DNA of 64,000 bases from Octopus vulgaris (GCA_951406725.2 OX597824.1:65844001-65908000), one strand, 5' to 3'. Positions 12,791-25,499 are shown, counted from the first letter of the stretch. Notes: a model not told the origin generated them from the sequence alone. A program made the numbers and translations.

Positions 12791-13880
12791 TATTTTTGTT
12801 TTATTAGATCAGGTTTGCTGAAATAAAAAGTTCTACCCTCTGTGAATGTATTGCTAATGTTGTTTTCGCTGTTGTCGATTAGTCAGTGCATTAGACTGTA
12901 GGACAAAATGTTTTACAATATTTGCTCTGGATCTCTCTGCTCCGAGTTTAAATCTTGTTGAGGTCAGCTTTGCTTTTCATCCTTTCTGAGTCAATAAAAT
13001 AGACTCCCAATCTAGGGATTGACAGAACTGTCAGAACATTATGATATTTATTTCATTTTAAGTTATTGGTTTGTAGACTTAGTCCGTCATTTGGTTTAAC
13101 ACTACCATCTGATCCTTGAGTACTTTTAGCAGAGTTTTCTCAATTGCAAAAGTAGTACTCATGACCCTTTATCTTTTCAGGATCCTGGAGACATTGAAAA
13201 ATAAATGATCAAGGGCACTGCTTTACCTTCTCAACTAAATGCTAAAAGGAATAATAGCTCGTAGTCGACCATCTTGTTATATTTTCAGGCTATATTACTC
13301 AAGATGTCCTCTTGCTTTTAAGATGTTAGGATGTTATTTAAGGGAAATTTTGCTGTTATTTCTAGTACATCTAATGATCATGTAGATACTGTCCATTGGG
13401 TCACATACTGAGCAAATAGTTTTATGTGAGGATTCATCAAAAATGTCCATTTTGTTTTGAAGCTGTATGATGCACTTATGATTCACTTATTACCATTGTT
13501 GGGTAGTAGAATTTACACACCAGTTTAACACTGCCGTGGGATGTTTTTTTGCAGAATTCACCCTGTTATAAGCAGTCTTGTGAGACCTTACAATTTTGCT
13601 CTCTATTTTTTTCCTGCATCAGTCATGTCAATGTCACTAGTCTGGGAAGGTTTGCAAAACTTATGGATATTGTCCTTTCTCTCCTGACTAACTTACAACT
13701 CCACCCATCTTTATTACTGTTATTTAATTTCCATCATTGTAGGTATTTATTATCTCTATGAGTAGACAGTTCTTCCAACTCTTTCTGGAATATATTTCAT
13801 CTGGATTTGAAAAAAATGTCATCTTTAATCATTTCTAACATAGGCACAAGATCATAAATTTTGGGAGTAGGGCTTAGTTG

Positions 13881-14110
13881 ATTAATCATTTTGATACTGA
13901 CCTATCTGAAATAGCACCTTGTTCTATAATAAAACTTTCTGTTTTAAAGTGATCTAAATAAAACTTTCCTGGAAAATTTCATGTTAATTAATGTCCTAAA
14001 CACCAGCTTAGTCATGATAAAGTTATTTTACTAAATTCTTCATTACTTTAAAAATAATTTGAAACAAAAGTTAATGTATTTCATTAGAAATATGGCAACA
14101 AAAGGGTGAA
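13881..14110. mobile_element. piggyBac-like MITE related to 810-1036
   Basis: Shares GTTATTTTACTAAATTCTT and the terminal CAAAAGGGT(T/G)AA. Confidence 0.55.
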
Positions 14111-14900
14111 ATTGATTCCAGAACTCAATTGATATAGTGTTTTATTGACCTTGGAAGGATAAAGAACAAATTTGACCTTGGTGGGATTTGAACTCAGAAT
14201 GTAAAGAGCTGGAACGAATACTGCAAGGTATTTATTTTGTGTCCAGCAAAGTAATATTTTTCTGGCAGTTCACCACCTTTATGCCATCTTTAATAATAGT
14301 TTCAAATTTTGGCACAATTTTGCAGTGGAAGGGGGGAGAAGTCAATTACATTGATCTCAGTGTTCAATTAGTACTAATATTATTGACCCCAAAAGGATTA
14401 AAGGCAAAGTTGACTTTGGTGGAATTAGAACTTAAAATGTAAAGTCATGAAAATGACACTAAGCATTTTTCGGCACGGTAACATTTCTGTCAGCTCACTG
14501 CCTTTATGTCATCATTAATAATGGTTTCTAACATTAGTATAAGGTTTAAAATTTTTGTGGTGCAGGGAAAAATCTTTTAAATAGCACTCAAGACTGGTGT
14601 TTATTCTAGTAGTTCTAGAATAATGATAATCAGCCCAGCCCTGGTGGAATTTGAACTTAGAATGTTATGGAGTTTAACTAAATACTGCAAAGTATTTTAA
14701 CATTAATAACTGTTTTTATCAGCATTAATAATTGTTTTTAACTTTGGTGCCAAGCCATACAGTTTATGGCAGGGCACAATTGATTAAATCAATCTCACTA
14801 CTTGGTTGGTACATATTTTATTGATTGCCAAAAGACAACCATCAAAGCTGACCTCAGTGAAATTTTAACTTTAATAGACATAGCTAAATAGTACAAGACA
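14111..14900 (-). mobile_element. Cluster of about four degenerate SINE copies related to 19279-19498
   Basis: Recurrent TTTATTGACC...AAGGAT.AAAG.CAAA.TTGAC.TTGGTGGAATTTGAACT.A.AATGT, the reverse complement of 19340-19405. Confidence 0.6.
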
Positions 14901-15059
14901 TTTTGTTCAGTATTAGGTTGTGTTATGTATTAGTCATGTCCCATATTGCTGAAGCTTTATTATTTTCAGATTCTACAAGTAACAAGTGTTTCTACTAATT
15001 GTTTTCTATGCCAATATTTTTAATATTGGTCAATAGCTGATGATGTCTGTTCATATGAA

Positions 15060-15540
15060 AATTTGCAGTTGATACCTTCCACTAGTCTCTCTACTTATTT
15101 GCTATGGTCCTGCTGTGGATATCAGTCTTCAATCTCTTCAACTGTGTCCTTGTACCTTAGTTGTTGTTGGTGTTTTCTATCTTGATTTCTTGTATACCTT
15201 GACAGTTGTGAGTAGAATCTTGGTAACTGAATTTCCTTCATTCTTTGTGTGTGCTTAAGCCAGTGGGGGTATCACAACACCAATATCTCTTCCATGCCAG
15301 GGATCCTGGCTTTCTCAAAAATGAGCCTATTCTAGATCTTGTCTTTCCATTAGATGTTCATGATTAGCCTCAGATGTCTCAACATGAATGCTTATTATTT
15401 TTACCACTTTGTTGTATGTCATCCAAACCTCCAATTCATATAATAGGGTGGATAATATTAACAACTCGGTATACTTTGCACTTTAATTAGACTGCCATGT
15501 ACTTGACTTGTTGCTTCACAATTACTCTGTCAATCTTCTG
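15060..15540 (-). mobile_element. RTE-clade LINE fragment, degenerate
   Basis: Remnants KCKVYRVV..., AFMLRHLRLIMNI*WKDKI*NRLIFEKARIPGMEEIL, LRYKDT. Confidence 0.6.
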
Positions 15541-15687
15541 AATGCCGAGCTGTCTTCACTCCTCCTCCTCTGATCTGTCTGTTTGTCTGCCTCTTGCCTG
15601 TCTGTCTGTATCTCTGTCTTTGTTCTAATGTATCTATCAATCTACATACACACATGCATGCATACATACATATTTATGAATATGTGT

Positions 15688-15724
<37 letters not shown>

Positions 15725-15732
15725 TGTATATA

Positions 15733-15858
15733 CTTTATTTAAAAGCAGCAGAAATTCAACAAAACCTGTTACTCGGAGTTTCCCGTTCCCGTTTGTCGTC
15801 GGACAGTTAACTGTTCGAGTAACAGGTTTTGTTGAATTTCTGCTGCTTTTAAATAAAG
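15733..15858. repeat. Perfect 43-bp inverted repeat, probable Penelope-like pLTR remnant
   Basis: CTTTATTTAAAAGCAGCAGAAATTCAACAAAACCTGTTACTCG (15733-15775) is the exact reverse complement of 15816-15858. Flanked by (TA)n. Confidence 0.8.
15766..15806 (-). ncRNA. Minimal type I hammerhead ribozyme-like motif (one core substitution)
   Basis: Minus strand CUGU-CCGACGA-CAAACGGGAACGG-GAAA-CUCCGAG-UA-ACAG reads as stem I, C(U>C)GANGA, weak stem II, GAAA, short palindromic stem III, UH, stem I'. Confidence 0.5.
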
Positions 15859-15958
15859 AATATTACTCTACCCCTGGTATTTGAGTACTCTTTTTTTCCA
15901 CCTTGTTTCACATTTATGTGTTTACTCCGGTATGTTTATATATATATATGTATATATA

Positions 15959-16326
15959 GGTGTACGAGTGGCTGTGATAAGTAGCTTGCTAACGAACCAC
16001 ATGGTTCCGGGTTCAGTCTCACTATAGCCTCAGACTGACTAAAGCCTTGTGAGTAGATTTGGTAGATGAAAACTGAAAGAAGCCCATCGCATATATGTAT
16101 GTGTGGGTATGTTTGTGTGTCTGTGTTTGTTCACCCCAACATTGCTTGACAACCGATGCTGGTGTGTTTACATCCCCGTAACTTAGCAGTTTGGCAAAAG
16201 AGACTGATAGAATAAGTACTAGGCTTACAAAGAATAAGTCCTAGGGTCGATTTGGTCGACTAAAGGTGGTACTCCAGCATGGCCACAGTCAAATGACTGA
16301 CACAAATAAAAAGAGAGAGTAAAAGA

Positions 16327-16327
<1 letters not shown>
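15959..16327 (+). mobile_element. OK-like tRNA-derived SINE with CR1-type tail
   Basis: Head GTGGCTGTG...GGTTCCGGGTTCAGTC, central microsatellite, tail GGTGGTACTCCAGCATGGCCACAGTCAAATGACTGA...GTAAAAGAG. Flanked by (TA)n. Confidence 0.85.
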
Positions 16328-16365
<38 letters not shown>

Positions 16366-16466
16366 AGCATGGAAAACAGACATTAAATGATGATGATCAG
16401 GATGATGTGGATCTGTCTGTCTGTCTGTCCATCTGTTTATCTAGATATATATATATTTGTATATGT

Positions 16467-16847
16467 GGAGGCACAATGGCTCTGTGGTTATTGCAGCAGA
16501 CTTGCAGTTGTAGGATGGCAGTTTCAATTCCCAGACTGGGCGTTGTAAGTGTTTATTGAGCAAAAACATCTAAAGCTCCACGAGGCTCTGGCAGGGGGTT
16601 GGTGGTAAACCCTGCTGTACTCTTTCACCACAACTTTCTCTCACTCTTTCTTCCAGTTGTTGTTGTAGCTGTATTTCAAAGGGGCCAGCCTTGTCACACT
16701 CTGTGTCATGGTGAATCTCCCCAAGAACTACATTAAGGGTACACGTGTCTGTGGAGTGCTCAGCCACTTGCATGTTAATTTCATGAGCAGGCTGTTCTGT
16801 TGATTGGATCAACTGGGACCCTCGTCATTGCAACCAATGGAGTGCCA
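16467..16847 (+). mobile_element. tRNA-derived SINE sharing its 5' ~185 bp with 6643-6951 but with a different 3' half (OR1/OR2-like sister family)
   Basis: Colinear with 6643-6828 up to ACAACTTTCTCTCACTCTTTCTTC, then unrelated sequence. Confidence 0.8.
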
Positions 16848-17235
16848 TGTATTTGTATATGTATGTATATTTATATATAATGTATATGTATATACATATA
16901 TACATGTATGTGTATGTGTATGTATGTGTCTATGTATGTGTGTGTGTATGTATGTGTATGTGTGGGTGTGTGTGTGTACATACATATATACTAGTTGTTA
17001 ACTGGTGTCTAATCCAAGATTAGTCCTGATTGAGTAAACCTATGATCAAAGGCCTTTTACCTTGGCTATCCCATCTCTATGTATATCTGGAAATATAGTG
17101 TCAATGTCTCTTTTTTCAAGACACCAGGCACTATTTGAGGGAAATATGGTTGCTATTTCCTGCAGGTTGAGCACCTGCTGAAGGAGTTCTTCATTGGTTC
17201 AAAATATGCTGAGGATCTGTTTTAAATCAGTGATG

Positions 17236-17272
<37 letters not shown>

Positions 17273-17274
<2 letters not shown>

Positions 17275-17831
17275 GCCCTGATGCAGTAACAGGTAGTGGC
17301 TCACATGGCTGTTGATCTTAACTGATTGGAAGTGTTATCATGTACATTGTTTTGTCTTGGTATAAAAGATGAGCTACAGCAAATATTCTGCTCAATACCA
17401 CAGATGTGCTTGTCAGTTGTTTGACTGTAACCAGTTGACCATGTTCCTTAGTGGCTGATGATATGTGCATCTCTGATCACAAGCAGAAGTAGTGGGGGAG
17501 CATCATAGCCGTGTGTTGAAAGGAATTCTTAGAGGTTTGGATAATTCACCTTTGGAAACATGGGTGGTTTGTTCAACATCCTTAAACAATCCTTATTCAG
17601 GGACCTTTTGAGCGGGATGGGCTACTCGACCGGAAGAAAATTCTAACTGGGCGGCCCCACCTGCAAGGTCATGCACTGTTTATCTTGATATGAGATCACC
17701 ATGTCGCGCACATATGGTTGTGATGTATGTGCCTGGTGTACCCTTATGAGACGGGTAGTCATGATGGGTACACTGGGCTTCGTATATTTTACCCCAGTGT
17801 CACTTTCATGGCATGCACTGCTCTCTCACTC
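17273..17831. mobile_element. ~560-bp non-coding element inserted in an (AAT)n array
   Basis: A complex, more GC-rich block bounded on both sides by (AAT)n (17236-17272 and 17832-17913). No meaningful ORF. Confidence 0.5.
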
Positions 17832-17873
17832 AATAATAATAATAATAATAATAATAATGATATAATAATAATG

Positions 17874-17914
<41 letters not shown>

Positions 17915-18059
17915 CCTCTTTTCTATAGGTACAAGTCATGAAATAATGGGGGAGGGGACTAATTGATAACATGAACCCCAGTGCTCAACTGGTACTTATT
18001 TTATTGAGCCTGAAATGATGAAAGGCAAAGTCAACCTTGGCAGAATCTGAGCTCAATAA

Positions 18060-19235
18060 TATTAATAGTTTGATTGTATACAATGATCAGGTGCACTATA
18101 ATTCCCTGGAAAGTAACCATAATTCAAGTAAAGAAAGACAGCAATGAAAGCTAGAAGTATATACATAGTATATAGAATAATACACAGGAAAATGGAAAAG
18201 GGAACAATAAAAGAACCATAAAGAGGAAAGGGTGCATGGAGTTTATGTAAGGAAGTATAGAAATTTTGAAAGATGCAGTATCCTGACAGCTAATAACTGA
18301 TATGAGTAATGTATTCTGTGCTTTGTCAATTCTGAGCTTGAAAATATATTACCGAAAGACAAGAGTACTGTGAATATTTTTGATCTTATAAGCATGTCCA
18401 TGACTGTAGAGTTATTGAATTAAAAAAAAGTGGCTGAAGTTGTTGGAAAGATAGGAAATAATCTTGTGGGCTTCTATTGAGTCATCTACAAGATGTCAAA
18501 ACTTTAGTGTCAATGCCCAGAGAAGCAATACATTCAAGATATGGTAAGCGACTGGCAGGGGGTATTTGTGTAGTTGTAGTTTTCTGGACATCTTCCAGCA
18601 GCTCAGTATTCTGAACTAGATGGGGGTTCCAGTCTAGAGATGTAAACTTTGAATATGGACACACCATAACCATAGCTGTTGAGTAGCTGACAAAGGTTTT
18701 ACTGAGTGGTGTTAAAACATTTTCAGCCTGTTTGCCCATTTTATGAATGTGGTTTGTCCAATGTAGACCATTGTTGGCAATAATGCCTAGGTCACATTCA
18801 CCAGCAGACTCCTTAAGGTTGGTGTTATGGAAGGAGTAGGTAAATTTGGAGTTTCCCTCTCAAAATGTATAGTGGTACACTTGTCTATTGCCAGCCCAAG
18901 TTGCCAGTCAGCTGTCTTTTGCTGTATTGTCTTGGACAGATTGCAGGAAAGATAGTGTGTAGGATGTGTTCTTGTTATCTCAAGGTAAGTTTAATATTGT
19001 TTGCATATTTTAACACAGTAATATTCTTCACATTGTATGTACTAAATAATGTATGTACTTAATAATGGAGAACCAAGAACAGATCCTCGTGGCAATCAGA
19101 TATCATAGCATAAGGTGCAGAATGTTGTCTTTGTACCATGACTATCTTTTCACAATAGAAGATTGAAGGTACTTAAGCAGATATATAAATTAACCTTTAC
19201 ACCCACTGCTGTTAAATGTATTAATTCAACAGCTT
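18060..19235 (-). mobile_element. CR1-like LINE fragment (RT to 3' end), degenerate
   Basis: Remnants LKYANNIKL (YADD-like) and WNPHLVQNTELLEDVQK...RLPYLECIASLG. The 3' part is similar to 11920-12330. Confidence 0.7.
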
Positions 19236-19278
19236 CAGATAACACTGAGCCAGATGTCAGTGAGACTATAATCATCCT

Positions 19279-19498
19279 GGCAGAACCGTTAACACGCCGG
19301 GTGAAACGCGTAGCCGTATTTCGTCTGCCGTAATGTTCTGAGTTCAAATCCTGCCGAGGTTGACTTTGCCTTTCATCCTTTCGGGGTCTATAAATTAAGT
19401 ACCAGTTTCACACTGGGGTCGATGTAATCGACTTAATCCCTTTGTCTGTCTTTGTTAGTCCCCTCTATGTTTAGCCCCTTGTGGGTTGTAAAGAAATA
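19279..19498 (+). mobile_element. SINE with GACTTTGCCTTTCATCCTTTCGGGGTC..AAGTACCAG central domain (Meta-domain-like)
   Basis: 12-bp TSD TATAATCATCCT at 19267-19278 and 19499-19510. B-box-like GAGTTCAAATCC. Many degenerate relatives in the window. The superfamily label is from memory and unverified. Confidence 0.8.
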
Positions 19499-19979
19499 TA
19501 TAATCATCCTTGGAGGGAATCATTAAGTTAGAAAAATTCAAGTATTTGATTCTGATTTAATTCTGTTGCCAAAGAAAGGTAATGTGCAAAATAGTTAATG
19601 ATGGAGTAGAAATGATGACTTGCAGGACTAAACGCTTTTCAATGTTTTAAGTTCAAATCCTGCATAGGTCATTTCTACCTTTTCATCTTTTTTATGTTTA
19701 CCAAACGTAGTGTAAGAGAGTTCAGGCCAGGTTTAAACCTTGAGTGTTGGTTTGTTGGCCAGAAATCTTGTCACATGTGCCAGCTTGTATTTTTGTTTAA
19801 TTAACTGCTGCCATCCTATATCTTTCCATAGCCTTATGAGAAGAAGCAACAGGCACAGTAAGTTTTTGCAAAAATAATTCTGACATTGGGTTTCAATCCC
19901 CACTCAACGTATTACAATATTGTGAACACACTAAGGAAAGCTATAAATATCATGACTTCTTGTCTGAAATACATCAGAT

Positions 19980-20196
19980 CTCATTTGTAATCAACAAGTA
20001 TTTTTAGTATCCTTGAATGCTGCTTTTGGTCAGTCCTAAGTGAACATATGTATGACCAAAAGCGTTCCACAAGTGACCATTTCTATAAGCGAGAATGGTA
20101 CCATTCCTCTTTGAGAATTTCTCAGATAACTTTGAAGTCTTAGGTTTACAGGTAAGAGAAAAGGATATTGGTTCCTTTCCCAAGGACACTGACCAC
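19980..20196 (-). pseudogene. Decayed exon, iGluR-like ATD middle part
   Basis: Strong acceptor TTTTCTTTTTTTAG|G at 20196. Frame WSVSLGKEP...KLSEKFSKRNGTILAYRNGHLWNAFGHTYVHLGLTKSSIQGY*KYLLITNE resembles ATD A.eLGM....YHYI.T..D. The 3' end is uncertain. Confidence 0.4.
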
Positions 20197-20479
20197 CTAA
20201 AAAAAGAAAAAGAAAAACGTGTTTATAACTGTGAATGGAAACCAAGTCGCTGGCTCCCTGATCGTCTGGAGCCAACAAGTTTGATAAATACATATAGCCA
20301 AATCTGTGAACAAAAATATAACTAAAAATATTTTCGTTTTAATAAAATAAAAAATACAAATCAATTTGACATACAAAAATAGTGCAATGCCAAATCTATC
20401 TTCTACTATGTGTGTGCTTCCATTTGTTTTACGATGACCGTTTATTTTGCGGTGTACTGTGGGGGTGTTGTACACAAGG

Positions 20480-20842
20480 AAAGAGAGAGAAAGAAAGAGT
20501 TTTATGAGTACAAATAAGAAAGAGTGTGCGTAAATATAAGTGACAGTGGGTGAGCCTATGCACTGAAGAATGCGTGATACAAGGGAGAGAAATATGTTAG
20601 AGAGAGAGAAGAAAAGGAGAGGAGAGAGAGAGAGTTGAAGGGGAGCAAAAAAGGAGAGTAGGAAATGGAGAAACGAGAGACCGAGAGACATTGAGATACA
20701 CATATAAAACATACTTGCTCTTTCTCTCTTTCAAAGAGGGCGAATTAGATAGCTGAGACAGAGCGTCAGAGACATAACCAAACTGTCAGGCGGGACGCAA
20801 TGGGTAAGAGTAAGAGAAGCGTCAGGAATAAGATAAATAGAC

Positions 20843-20875
<33 letters not shown>

Positions 20876-21220
20876 AAGTGAGAAAGAAAGAGAGCAGAAT
20901 AAATAGAGAACTGTAACGGCACAGAATGTGGAGATAAGCGATATGGATAGAAAGTAGAAATACACAGAATGATAAGAAGAGCGAATAGGAAGTTAGTGAG
21001 TGAGGGAGAGACAGAAATGGAGAGAGGTGAGTGAGAAAGCACAGAACGTGGGAGGAAAAGAGGGCAAAGAGAGGGAGAGAGAGAGAACGGTGCAGAATAT
21101 ACAGAGAAAGAATTGGATATAGGGGGAGGGAAAGAGTGAATTAGAGGGAGGGAAAATGAAAGAGTAAGAGAGAGATGTATTGAGAGAAAAGAACCAATAA
21201 GCGAAGAAGAAAAAAAAGTG
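20480..21220. repeat. GA-rich low-complexity tract with (GATA)n
   Basis: Directly visible. Confidence 0.75.
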
Positions 21221-21747
21221 TTGTGATTATTTAACCCAAATTACTCTTCATTGAGCAGACCTATGACCAAAGGCGCTCCAGCCACAATCATCGCCACTTT
21301 CATTTCATGTACGTCGTCCAAAATGTATTTTTTTAAAAGGAAATTTGGCTGTTATTTCTACTATATTTGACTGCATAGACTCTCGTAATAGTCTATGAAA
21401 TAGGCCGAGAAAGACCGATTGACCAAACAAGGGAGAGATAGCGAGTGAGGGAAAGAAAATATAGAAGAGAAGTAAGAATATTCCTTAGAGAGGTGCAGTG
21501 AGTGAAAGAAAAGCGAAAAACAATTACGAACAGAGAGGAAGAGTGAAAAGAAAGAAAGAGAGACGAGTGAGAAATTACACTGTATGAGGGATAGGAAGAG
21601 GAAGGGCAAAGTGCAAACCACAATTTGAGAGGAAGAGGGAGAGGGAAAACACTAAGAAATAAAGAGAAAGGGGCAGAATAAGAGAAAGAGGCAGAATAAG
21701 AGAAAGAGTGTGATAAAGGTGTGAGTGTGTTGCGTTCAGGCGCTTAC

Positions 21748-22028
21748 CTGGTTAGACAGGAGACATTTACTCAGGATCTCTTACATATGTTGTACAGACT
21801 TTCTTCTACCCAGCAATGAACTGCAGGATTATGGAGCTTTGTGGTGAGTATATATGCCCATCTTCGATATCCCGCCCTAGCTGTGTATGTGGGTGTGTAA
21901 TATGTATTACATATGTGTATTTCTTGAGAGAAACATCAACAACGGCAACTAGGGGAATTTCCTTCTGCAAGTCGCACTGTCCAACGATAGAGGTAGTTCG
22001 ATTAGGATTATGGAGTGTGTGTATAATG
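21748..22028 (-). pseudogene. Decayed exon 2 (copy 1), periplasmic-binding/ATD-like
   Basis: Acceptor TTTTACAG| and donor CAG|GTAAGC. Reads ...TTSIVGQCDLQKEIPLVAVVDVSLKKYTYVI...HIYSPQSSIILQFIAG*KKVCTTYVRD, with the TAG where the ATD gWkkvaivYd Trp would fall. Confidence 0.4.
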
Positions 22029-23113
22029 CTGTAAAACCTAGTACGGATGAAGCTAGGTAGGGGTGTTTTTTTTAATACTCTATGAATGAGATGATAGCGA
22101 TAAACTGATATAAACCTTATGATAACAGAACAACAACAATAATAATGATAGAAACTCTATTTTGCCACAGAAGGACACAAACGTTACAATATAGTTTATC
22201 TTAAAATCCATACTTTACAAAATAATAGCAATTTAGATTAATAAATTACAAAACAGTATGTATACTTGTGTATAAATAACATCCCTCATGAGGGATACAA
22301 CAACTCAGAGGAAGATCAAAGCATCCCCAAACCCAATAAGTAAGTACTCTGATCCGGACAAATGTTCGTTCCCAAATACTTATTGTTACCAGTTGAAAAT
22401 TGGGTCGATATAATCAGTTCCCTTTCTTCAATTTGTGGCCTTGTGCCAATGTACGAAATCATCATCATTATTATCCTTTTGTAATGTCCTCACATCTGTC
22501 ACCCTTGTGGCAAATAAACGATTATTGTTGTTGTTGTTGTTATTATAAATAGATTGTATTTTGCGTATAGCCGTAGTGGAAAATAACGATATTGTTATTA
22601 ATCTTTTAATTTCCATTAGACGAGATGTACGACTATGCACATCAGGGAACATTAATATCTATGTTACTATAGATATTGTAAAAAAAAACCCTGAAAAACA
22701 ACCCTCAACACAGTGACAATCCGACTGTGTTTGATATTTGTGGTAGGGAGTTTTTGTATTTTTGTTATGTGAATAATGCAAGAAAGGAATTAGCGAAGAT
22801 AGGGATTTGAACCTTCAAAGTTTTGATCGGGGACTTAATAACAGAAACAACAAATTATCTGTATATGTCCCAAATATTTAATATGTACACAAAATATTCA
22901 ACTAATTACGCCATCATATCATATGCATTCATTCACATCACACACACATTATTATAGACAGTAACCATATATCATGTTTCATCACGTATCACATATACAT
23001 ATATTATTATATACATTTCCGTATATCGTATATGTAAACATATCACTCGTATATCCTATAATTTTGCCGACGCAGACCACTAGATTCATCGGGTTTCGTA
23101 TGTAACACAAATA

Positions 23114-23169
<56 letters not shown>

Positions 23170-23200
23170 CATTCATACATTCATATCGCCTCCCTCTTAC

Positions 23201-23402
23201 AGATTCCAGGTGACATTTCCTGGACCTCAAGATAACCAACTCGTTCTATTAACTCACCAAAGAAAAACCTCGAAGTGTTGCTGTTATTTAATTTTAAAAT
23301 TACAGCCATTCTTCATGGGCTTTTTTCCTTTAGTTTCGAATTGAATAATAATGACTATAAGAATAACAATACAAGACCATGTGTTGAAGTAGAAGAGCAT
23401 TT
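23201..23402 (-). pseudogene. Decayed exon 1 (copy 1) with signal peptide-like start
   Basis: ATG at 23400 gives MLFYFNTWSCIVILIVIIIQFETKG. After a frameshift it reads RMAVILKLNNSNTSRFFFGELIERVGYLEVQEMSPGI, then donor GTAAGA. Confidence 0.4.
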
Positions 23403-24137
23403 CTGAGGTAATTGACAAGGGTATATATGACTGGTATGTTTATTTATCGACCCTATTCTTGAAAGGGTTAGGTTTAGCCTCGAACATCGACAAAATTTTG
23501 TCTTGGAACTGGAAAGGTTCAGTAAACCACTAGTATTATATTAAACCATCAATAATTACTTGTTTGTAATGCATAAAGCCAATTTTTGTATTTTAATGAC
23601 TCCTCTTCATCGTCGACGTCGTATTAGTAGTAGTAACTATGACGGTTTATAATCGATTTCAACATGACGATGTACAGAGCTGATTTTATAGAATCCTGTT
23701 GATTGAATTGACCTCAGTGTACCACTGGTACCTATTTCATCGGTTTCCTCATCCTCCCACATTTGCTGAATGAAAAGTAAAGCGGGATTCGAACCGTGAA
23801 AAGACCGATTGACCAAACAAGGGAGAGATAGCGAGTGAGGGAAAGAAAATATAGAAGAGAAGTAAGAATATTCCTTAGAGAGGTGCAGTGAGTGAAAGAA
23901 AAGCGAAAAACAATTACGAACAGAGAGGAAGAGTGAAAAGAAAGAAAGAGAGACGAGTGAGAAATTACACTGTATGAGGGATAGGAAGAGGAAGGGCAAA
24001 GTGCAAACCACAATTTGAGAGGAAGAGGGAGAGGGAAAACACTAAGAAATAAAGAGAAAGGGGCAGAATAAGAGAAAGAGGCAGAATAAGAGAAAGAGTG
24101 TGATAAAGGTGTGAGTGTGTTGCGTTCAGGCGCTTAC

Positions 24138-24417
24138 CTGGTTAGACAGGAGACATTTACTCAGGATCTCTTACATATGTTGTACAGACTTTCTTCTACC
24201 CAGCAATGAACTGCAGGATTATGGAGCTTTGTGGTGAGTATATATGCCCATCTTCGATATCCCGCCCTAGCTGTGTATGTGGGTGTGTAATAGTATTACA
24301 TATGTGTATTTCTTGAGAGAAACATCAACAACGGCAACTAGGGGAATTTCCTTCTGCAAGTCGCACTGTCCAACGATAGAGGTAGTTCGATTAGGATTAT
24401 GGAGTGTGTGTATAATG
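24138..24417 (-). pseudogene. Decayed exon 2 (copy 2)
   Basis: Duplicate of 21748-22028, 1 bp shorter. Confidence 0.4.
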
Positions 24418-25499
24418 CTGTAAAACCTAGTACGGATGAAGCTAGGTAGGGGTGTTTTTTTTAATACTCTATGAATGAGATGATAGCGATAAACTGATAT
24501 AAACCTTATGATAACAGAACAACAACAATAATAATGATAGAAACTCTATTTTGCCACAGAAGGACACAAACGTTACAATATAGTTTATCTTAAAATCCAT
24601 ACTTTACAAAATAATAGCAATTTAGATTAATAAATTACAAAACAGTATGTATACTTGTGTATAAATAACATCCCTCATGAGGGATACAACAACTCAGAGG
24701 AAGATCAAAGCATCCCCAAACCCAATAAGTAAGTACTCTGATCCGGACAAATGTTCGTTCCCAAATACTTATTGTTACCAGTTGAAAATTGGGTCGATAT
24801 AATCAGTTCCCTTTCTTCAATTTGTGGCCTTGTGCCAATGTACGAAATCATCATCATTATTATCCTTTTGTAATGTCCTCACATCTGTCACCCTTGTGGC
24901 AAATAAACGATTATTGTTGTTGTTGTTATTATAAATAGATTGTATTTTGCGTATAGCCGTAGTGGAAAATAACGATATTGTTATTAATCTTTTAATTTCC
25001 ATTAGAAGAGATGTACGACTATGCACATCAGGGAACATTAATATCTATGTTACTATAGATATTGTAAAAAAAAACCCTGAAAAACAACCCTCAACACAGT
25101 GACAATCCGACTGTGTTTGATATTTGTGGTAGGGAGTTTTTGTATTTTTGTTATGTGAATAATGCAAGAAAGGAATTAGCGAAGATAGGGATTTGAACCT
25201 TCAAAGTTTTGATCGGGGACTTAATAACAGAAACAACAAATTATCTGTATATGTCCCAAATATTTAATATGTACACAAAATATTCAACTAATTACGCCAT
25301 CATATCATATGCATTCATTCACATCACACACACATTATTATAGACAGTAACCATATATCATGTTTCATCACGTATCACATATACATATATTATTATATAC
25401 ATTTCCGTATATCGTATATGTAAACATATCACTCGTATATCCTATAATTTTGCCGACGCAGACCACTAGATTCATCGGGTTTCGTATGTAACACATATA

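Noticed and set aside
23201-23402. Selenocysteine or readthrough explanation for stops in the putative receptor exons
   Set aside because: The stops include TAA and TAG, frameshifts are also needed, and no SECIS was seen.
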